From: an uncultured Chlamydiae bacterium
GTDB lineage: Bacteria; Chlamydiota; Chlamydiia; Chlamydiales; JAJFMB01
Length of the DNA stretch: 64,000 nt
Direction: 5' to 3'
Assembly (NCBI GenBank): GCA_963697995.1
Contig: OY969110.1
Location: 63,585 to 127,584, forward strand
Position 1 is the stretch's first letter. Each line of letters begins with the position of its first letter. Position numbers and translations under genes: made by a program. The notes below the pieces were generated by a model. That model searched no databases, was not told the origin of the DNA, and saw only the letters and a list, made by a program, of their open reading frames with translations. Below are positions 58,438 to 64,000 of this stretch, piece by piece.

Positions 58438-59180
58438 TGCGTAAATTATATAGTCTCATTTTTTTTACATTGATGAGTTTACCCCTTTTTGCTGAAAGCT
58501 CTAAGGGAATAGAAAATGCGGCAAATGAAAATAAGTATCTCTATATTTTCTTTTACAAAGATCAAAATGAGAAAACGAATCATCTCCAGACGATTTTTGA
58601 TAAAGCTGCAGAGCAATTGGGAGAACAAGCAAAATTCCTCAAAGTTCAAGCAAGTGACCCTTCAGAAAAACCGCTCATCGATCGCTTTAATTTAAAACGG
58701 GCTCCCATGCCTTTTGTCATCGTATTAGCTCCGAATGGTGCCGTTATGGGAGGCTTCCCCTCTTTTACTCAGCAACAGCTTATCGATTCTCTCTCTTCTT
58801 CAGGCGCTGCAAGTTGTCTTAAAGCCCTCCAAGAGAAAAAACTTGCTTTGATCTGCCTTCAAAACAGCCAAACTAAAGAGAATGAGGCAGCATTAAAAGC
58901 AGTTAATGAGTTTAAAGCTGATACCCGTTTTAAAAATGGAACAGAGATTATTATGATTGACCCATCAGATGTCAAAGAGCAAAAATTCTTAAATCAACTA
59001 AACCTCAATACTCAATCTTCCCAAGCGATCACAACCCTTATCTCTCCCCCATCACAGATTATAGGAACATACCACGGAGCTGTAACAAAAGCTCAATTAG
59101 TTTCTGATGTAGAAAAAGCCACCTCTCAACCATGCTGCCCTGGGGGGTGCTGTCCTGGCGGTAAATGTGGTAATAAATAA
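58437..59180 (+). CDS. Exported thioredoxin-like-fold protein with Cys-rich tail
   Basis: Signal peptide; two similar beta/alpha domains; C-terminal CCPGGCCPGGKCG. Confidence 0.65.
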   Translation: MRKLYSLIFFTLMSLPLFAESSKGIENAANENKYLYIFFYKDQNEKTNHLQTIFDKAAEQLGEQAKFLKVQASDPSEKPLIDRFNLKRAPMPFVIVLAPNGAVMGGFPSFTQQQLIDSLSSSGAASCLKALQEKKLALICLQNSQTKENEAALKAVNEFKADTRFKNGTEIIMIDPSDVKEQKFLNQLNLNTQSSQAITTLISPPSQIIGTYHGAVTKAQLVSDVEKATSQPCCPGGCCPGGKCGNK

Positions 59181-59189
59181 GGAGATCAA

Positions 59190-60410
59190 ATGAATTGGAA
59201 TACTTTAGTTTTTTCCGAATTATTAGCGCGAAAAAATAAACTCATCACAAGTGGACTGGCTATTATTTTAGGGATAGCTGTCATTGTGACCATCAATACG
59301 ATCACAACGTATTCTGAAAAGGCTATCTCTAAAGAGTTAGATGCATTAGGAGCTAATATCCTCATTTTGCCTCATGGAGCAACTCTTGTGGACTACTATA
59401 GCGCAGACCTTCAAACGGGTGAAATTCCTGAAGAGTACGTGACTCTGCTCACCACATCAAACCTCGAAGGGTTGGACAATTTGTCTCCAAAACTCTCTTT
59501 ACCTGTTACCATCGGAAACAACCAAGCGATCTTAACAGGAATCCTTCCTAAAAATGAGTTTCAAAGCAAAGCAAGTTGGCAAGGCGCAGGGATTTTTTCA
59601 AGACCCAAAAGCTGTGGTAACGTGGAGGATATTTTTGGTCTAACCCAAAAAGAGCCAAAAGAGACTCTCACAAGGAAGCGAGTCATTGAAACGCTAGAGT
59701 CAAATGAAGTTTTAGTGGGCTCAGATGTTGCAAAAAAATTAAACTTAGCTGAATCTCAAGAAATCACCATGCTTGGTGCTTCCTTTAATATCTCTGCGAT
59801 TCTTCCGCAAACTGGAACGGTGGATGACTCTCGTATTTTTGCCCACCTACACACAGTGCAAGATTTAACGGGCAAAGGCGCTGTTGTGAATGCCATAGAA
59901 GTCGTAGGTTGTTGCGAGCAAATCTCTAAAGGACTGGTCGGAAAAATCAACTATCTGATTCCCGATGCCCAAATCATCACGATTTCTCAGGTTGTCGACA
60001 CACAAGTCAAAACCAATCAACTCATGAGAAACCTCTCAACCCTGTTTTTATTAGTTATTGTGGCCATTGGAGGAGCAGGAATTGCCAATGATATGTACAA
60101 CAACGTCTATGAGAGGAGAAAAGAGATCGGCACTCTTGTGGCTCTTGGAGCTAACTCCTCGGTGGTACTTAAGATTTTTCTTAAAAAAGCTCTCCTTTTA
60201 AGTCTTTTAGGAGGAATTGGAGGGTATCTTATAGGAACGATTGCAGCAGTTATCTTAGGACCCTTAATTGCAGGAGTCCCCGTGCTGCCAATTCCTTATT
60301 TATTTTTTGTAGCTCTCGGGTTATCTGTTGGGATCACCCTTGTCGCAAGCTATTTTCCAGCAAGATATGCAACAAATCTTGATCCTTGCACAGTACTCCA
60401 GGAGGTTTAA
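59190..60410 (+). CDS. MacB/FtsX-type ABC permease
   Basis: LGANILI; large periplasmic loop; ERRKEIGTLVALGA; FPARYA. Confidence 0.9.
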   Translation: MNWNTLVFSELLARKNKLITSGLAIILGIAVIVTINTITTYSEKAISKELDALGANILILPHGATLVDYYSADLQTGEIPEEYVTLLTTSNLEGLDNLSPKLSLPVTIGNNQAILTGILPKNEFQSKASWQGAGIFSRPKSCGNVEDIFGLTQKEPKETLTRKRVIETLESNEVLVGSDVAKKLNLAESQEITMLGASFNISAILPQTGTVDDSRIFAHLHTVQDLTGKGAVVNAIEVVGCCEQISKGLVGKINYLIPDAQIITISQVVDTQVKTNQLMRNLSTLFLLVIVAIGGAGIANDMYNNVYERRKEIGTLVALGANSSVVLKIFLKKALLLSLLGGIGGYLIGTIAAVILGPLIAGVPVLPIPYLFFVALGLSVGITLVASYFPARYATNLDPCTVLQEV

Positions 60411-60413
60411 CTT

Positions 60414-61094
60414 ATGATAAAAATCAAAAATGTCAGTAAAATTTACAAAAAACGAGACCAAGAGATCAAGGCGATTGACAACGTCTCTTTAGAGGTTGCC
60501 CAAGGGGATTTTGTATCGATCATTGGACAAAGCGGCAGCGGCAAAAGTTCTTTGCTTTTAATGCTTGGAGGGATGCTCTCCCCAACATCTGGCAAAGTGT
60601 TTATCGACAACCAATCTCTTTATGATTTAAGTCCCAATGAGATAGCAGCTCTCAGACTAAAGAAAATGGGGTTTGTTTTTCAAACGTTTAACCTAATTCC
60701 CTATCTTTCAGCCCTCCAAAACGTCCAACTTCCTCTCCACTTAAGCGGCTTATCTCAAAAAGAGCAGCTTAAAAGAGCTTGCTTCCTCTTGGAAAAAGTT
60801 GGTTTAAGCGATCGTTTGGATCACAAACCCTATGAATTAAGCGTCGGGCAACAGCAACGAATTGCACTAGCCAGAATGCTTGCCAACGACCCGTCAATTA
60901 TTTTGGCAGATGAGCCCACCGGAAACCTAGACCCTGAAATGAGTCAAACGGTTATCGAATTTTTAAAGAATCTGAATAATGAAGGACGCACCATTATCAT
61001 GGTCACCCACGATATGAAAGTGGCAGCTCAGGCTAAAAGAAGTATTACGATAAGTAAAGGGGAAACGATCGCATGCAGCGCCTCTCCTTTTTAG
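60414..61094 (+). CDS. LolD/MacB-type ABC ATPase
   Basis: GQSGSGKS; LSVGQQQR; [10 protein letters not shown]; VTHD. Confidence 0.93.
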   Translation: MIKIKNVSKIYKKRDQEIKAIDNVSLEVAQGDFVSIIGQSGSGKSSLLLMLGGMLSPTSGKVFIDNQSLYDLSPNEIAALRLKKMGFVFQTFNLIPYLSALQNVQLPLHLSGLSQKEQLKRACFLLEKVGLSDRLDHKPYELSVGQQQRIALARMLANDPSIILADEPTGNLDPEMSQTVIEFLKNLNNEGRTIIMVTHDMKVAAQAKRSITISKGETIACSASPF

Positions 61095-62110
61095 ACAAAA
61101 ACTTAACTCTCTTTATTTTTCTTGCGATGCTGATAGGTGTTGGAATCGGTTTTTTCTATCCCGATACCCCACACCTTGTTGGTCTGTTTCAATGGGGAAC
61201 AACAAATATCCCCATTGCGATTGGCCTTATTTTGATGATGTATCCCCCTCTTGCTAAAGTCAAATACGAGCGGATTGGAGCGGTTTTTCAAAACCTTAAA
61301 ATCGTATTTCTTTCCCTGATTCAAAACTGGCTTATCGGGCCCATTTTAATGTTTGCTTTGGCCCTCATTTTTCTTCCCCGTTATCCAGAATATATGACAG
61401 GTCTTATCTTGATTGGACTGTCAAGATGCATAGCTATGGTGATTGTTTGGAACGATTTAGCAAAGGCAGACCGAGAATTATGCACAGGACTTATCGCTTT
61501 TAATTCGATTTTTCAGATTCTTTTCTTTCCTTTGTACGCCTACATCTTCATCACTGTTTTACCCCCCTTTTTTAAGTTTCAAGGCAGTATCGTCGACATT
61601 TCCATGGGAGAAATCGGCAAAAGCGTCTTTATTTATTTGGGGATTCCCTTTTTAGCAGGGATCATGACACGTATTATTGGCATCAAAACCAAAGGTATTC
61701 ATTGGTATGAAACAACTTTTATTCCCTTAATTTCCCCTATCACACTTGCTTCCCTTTTATTTACCATCTTGGTGATGTTTTCTCTTAAAGCAGACACGAT
61801 CGTAGAACTGCCCTTCGACACTCTTCTTATTGCCCTCCCCCTATCGATCTACTTTCTGATCATGTTCCTATTTTCTTTTTACTTTTCGTATAAAGCAGGA
61901 GCAAACTACGAACAATCTGCGACTTTAAGTTTTACAGCCGCCTCAAATAATTTTGAACTTGCCATCGCTGTTGCGATCTCTATTTTTGGGATTAACTCAC
62001 CAGAAGCCTTTACAGCCGTGATAGGACCTCTTGTCGAAGTCCCTGTTTTGATAAGCTTAGTTCAAGTATCGTTATGGATTAAGAAACAATTTTACTTTGG
62101 GAACAATTGA
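61073..62110 (+). CDS. acr3: Acr3 arsenite efflux transporter
   Basis: MMYPPLAKV; [10 protein letters not shown]; [10 protein letters not shown]; GPLVEVP. Confidence 0.95.
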   Translation: MQRLSFLDKNLTLFIFLAMLIGVGIGFFYPDTPHLVGLFQWGTTNIPIAIGLILMMYPPLAKVKYERIGAVFQNLKIVFLSLIQNWLIGPILMFALALIFLPRYPEYMTGLILIGLSRCIAMVIVWNDLAKADRELCTGLIAFNSIFQILFFPLYAYIFITVLPPFFKFQGSIVDISMGEIGKSVFIYLGIPFLAGIMTRIIGIKTKGIHWYETTFIPLISPITLASLLFTILVMFSLKADTIVELPFDTLLIALPLSIYFLIMFLFSFYFSYKAGANYEQSATLSFTAASNNFELAIAVAISIFGINSPEAFTAVIGPLVEVPVLISLVQVSLWIKKQFYFGNN

Positions 62111-63999
62111 TTAAGCTTCTCTTGCCATCCTCTTATTTCGGGAATAGTAAGATAATTTTTTAACTCACAATCTAATAGAAATTTTTTAACTTCGTCTAAA
62201 GCATCTTGTTTTTTCTCTTCATTCATGCAACTTAAATATTTTCCATTGTCTCCCCAAGCCTCGAAAACAGATCTGATGATGCCATTAATTTCTTTTCTTA
62301 CTTTTGTTTTAATCGCTTCGTCATTTGTTCCAATAAGTTCCTCAAAACTGTTTATATTTTCCCAAATCAACCGCTCCTCGTATGGTCCAACAGGTTTATT
62401 GTGCAAACTAAAAAATACTTTATTTAATATGTTATATGATTGAACATCTTTCCAATGATAATCTTTCATCTCATTCATTAAAGAAGAGAAAAAACGAATC
62501 CATGATAAACAATTTTGTTTGTTTTGAAACGGTTTGGAGAGAGAGACCACAAGCAACTCACTCATCAAACAAAGCCAATCTAAACTCTCTTCTTCTTGTG
62601 CCCTTTTTAAAGCATATGAAATTAAACTTGCAGTAGCTGATCGAAATAATTCTGGATCTTCATTCCTATAACCAACCCCTTCCCCAAGAATTTTTACTGG
62701 ATTTGGTTCTCCACAAATCATCATTTCGGATACAAAATTTTCTGTTTCAGCATCTATTGCTAAAAGAATCAATTGGTATTGCTGCAAATACGTTAAAGAT
62801 TGGCAATTCGCCCATTCGAGTATCTCAAGAACGATTTGTTTTTTCTCTTTAAATTTCCGACAATTGATTTGCAAATAAGCCATTTCTAAAAGAATAGAAA
62901 TCAATTTTTCTACAGATTCGGCAATAAAAAATTCTAATAAATGAAGCTTTGAGGCTCCAAAATCGACAAGATTAATAACTTCGGCAAAATCTTTTGCAAG
63001 AATGGAGCGAGTCCCCTGGATTGTCACAACTTTCTTAAGAAGTATTTTATGGATCCAATTCATTAAAAGATTAAAACTGTCATTCAAATCATCATCTTCT
63101 ACTTCATTCTCCAAATTAACTGAAAAAGTGATTGCACACTTCCAAATCAGTTTCTGAAGATTAAAATCATTAGTATTCTCAATAATTTCTGACGCTTTTA
63201 TAAAAAATTCCTTAAAAAGAGGGGTAAAAAAAGCTTTTTGATCCTCTTTTATCTTCTTATGCCCCTCTTGAACCAACAAATGGATCTTAAACAGAGAGGG
63301 AGCAAGAATAGCTATCGATTCGTATAAGAACCCTTCAGCGTCTAGTTGATCGAAAAAATCTTCTTCAAAAGTTAAACTAATCATATTTCGAAACGCTTTT
63401 AAAAAATCTTGGACTTCAAGAGTTTCAAAATGAGAAGGGTTTTTTAAATTACTAATTGTTTCAATAAAAACGATTTTTAATTCGTCATGGATTCCAGTCT
63501 TATTAAATTCTTCAATAAAAATTGGATCTGTTACAAAATCGCAAATCATACGATAAATCACAAATTCAAACGACTGGTATTTTTTAGCCTCATCACACAA
63601 CCATTTAGTGCATAAATCGATCGGGCGAAGAGAAGCTACTCTTCCATTTTTATCTAATTTGTATGTGACTTTTTGCTGAAAAACACTCAAAAGGGTAAAA
63701 GAGACATTTTTAAATCTCTCACATTTTTCCTCTAAAGGAATACTATTATCATTTATTAAGTCTGATAACACCTTTGAAAACATCTCCAAAGAGTATTCAA
63801 CACCTTTCTTCTCATTATGGGGACTAATCAATTTCCAAAAGGTGGCAGAAAGAGGAATAAAACACGATTGAAGCTTGAATCCTCTTAACATCATCTCCTC
63901 AAAAAAGGTCACCCACTTTTTTTCAAAACTATTATGATATAAGTTCTGAAACCCTAAGATATTTTCCCTTTCGAGCAGCATGAGATAATCTTTATCCGA
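62092..63999 (-). CDS. Large helical hypothetical protein (5'-truncated by window edge)
   Basis: Frame open beyond the ATG at 63981 to the window end; no recognised motif. Confidence 0.7.
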   Translation of the reverse strand, partial: SDKDYLMLLERENILGFQNLYHNSFEKKWVTFFEEMMLRGFKLQSCFIPLSATFWKLISPHNEKKGVEYSLEMFSKVLSDLINDNSIPLEEKCERFKNVSFTLLSVFQQKVTYKLDKNGRVASLRPIDLCTKWLCDEAKKYQSFEFVIYRMICDFVTDPIFIEEFNKTGIHDELKIVFIETISNLKNPSHFETLEVQDFLKAFRNMISLTFEEDFFDQLDAEGFLYESIAILAPSLFKIHLLVQEGHKKIKEDQKAFFTPLFKEFFIKASEIIENTNDFNLQKLIWKCAITFSVNLENEVEDDDLNDSFNLLMNWIHKILLKKVVTIQGTRSILAKDFAEVINLVDFGASKLHLLEFFIAESVEKLISILLEMAYLQINCRKFKEKKQIVLEILEWANCQSLTYLQQYQLILLAIDAETENFVSEMMICGEPNPVKILGEGVGYRNEDPELFRSATASLISYALKRAQEEESLDWLCLMSELLVVSLSKPFQNKQNCLSWIRFFSSLMNEMKDYHWKDVQSYNILNKVFFSLHNKPVGPYEERLIWENINSFEELIGTNDEAIKTKVRKEINGIIRSVFEAWGDNGKYLSCMNEEKKQDALDEVKKFLLDCELKNYLTIPEIRGWQEKLNQLFPK

Positions 64000-64000
64000 G

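Noticed and set aside
151-62636. Numerous 60-120 aa ORFs antisense or out of frame within assigned genes
   Set aside because: Shadow ORFs with no motifs or RBS, fully overlapping well-supported genes

Overview
This window is AT-rich chromosomal DNA from an environmental member of the Chlamydiae. The gene order dnaX-ebfC / ptsI-ptsH / comEC / dnaJ-rpsU-tsaB-lon-rnz-xerC-ABC-F / CdsZ-rnpB / glyA-clpP-dapF-UPF0158 follows the chlamydial backbone, and hprK plus a ROK kinase point to a non-Chlamydiaceae lineage. It carries tRNA-His, RNase P RNA and an rpsU gene missed by the ORF track. The right half is accessory: a type III PKS-methyltransferase-FAD enzyme cluster, umuDC, an inverse-autotransporter-like adhesin, an ArsR-ABC-Acr3 operon and several orphan putative effectors. 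The orphans include an IQ-motif kinase and a CAE/PCxxxC deaminase-like protein. The most striking signal is non-coding. Two large ORF-free elements lie between convergent genes: a ~1.7 kb nested palindrome built of hairpins with two-unit tandem-repeat tails (1412-3090), and a 6 x 110 bp hairpin array bracketed by 97 bp inverted repeats just after xerC (24325-25155). They share a G-tract + hairpin + GNA-loop grammar. There are also at least three families of small MITE-like palindromic elements, one of which has rewritten the C-termini of two proteins. Several apparent single-base frameshifts (e.g. lon) may be assembly errors. All calls come from reading the sequence; no searches were run.
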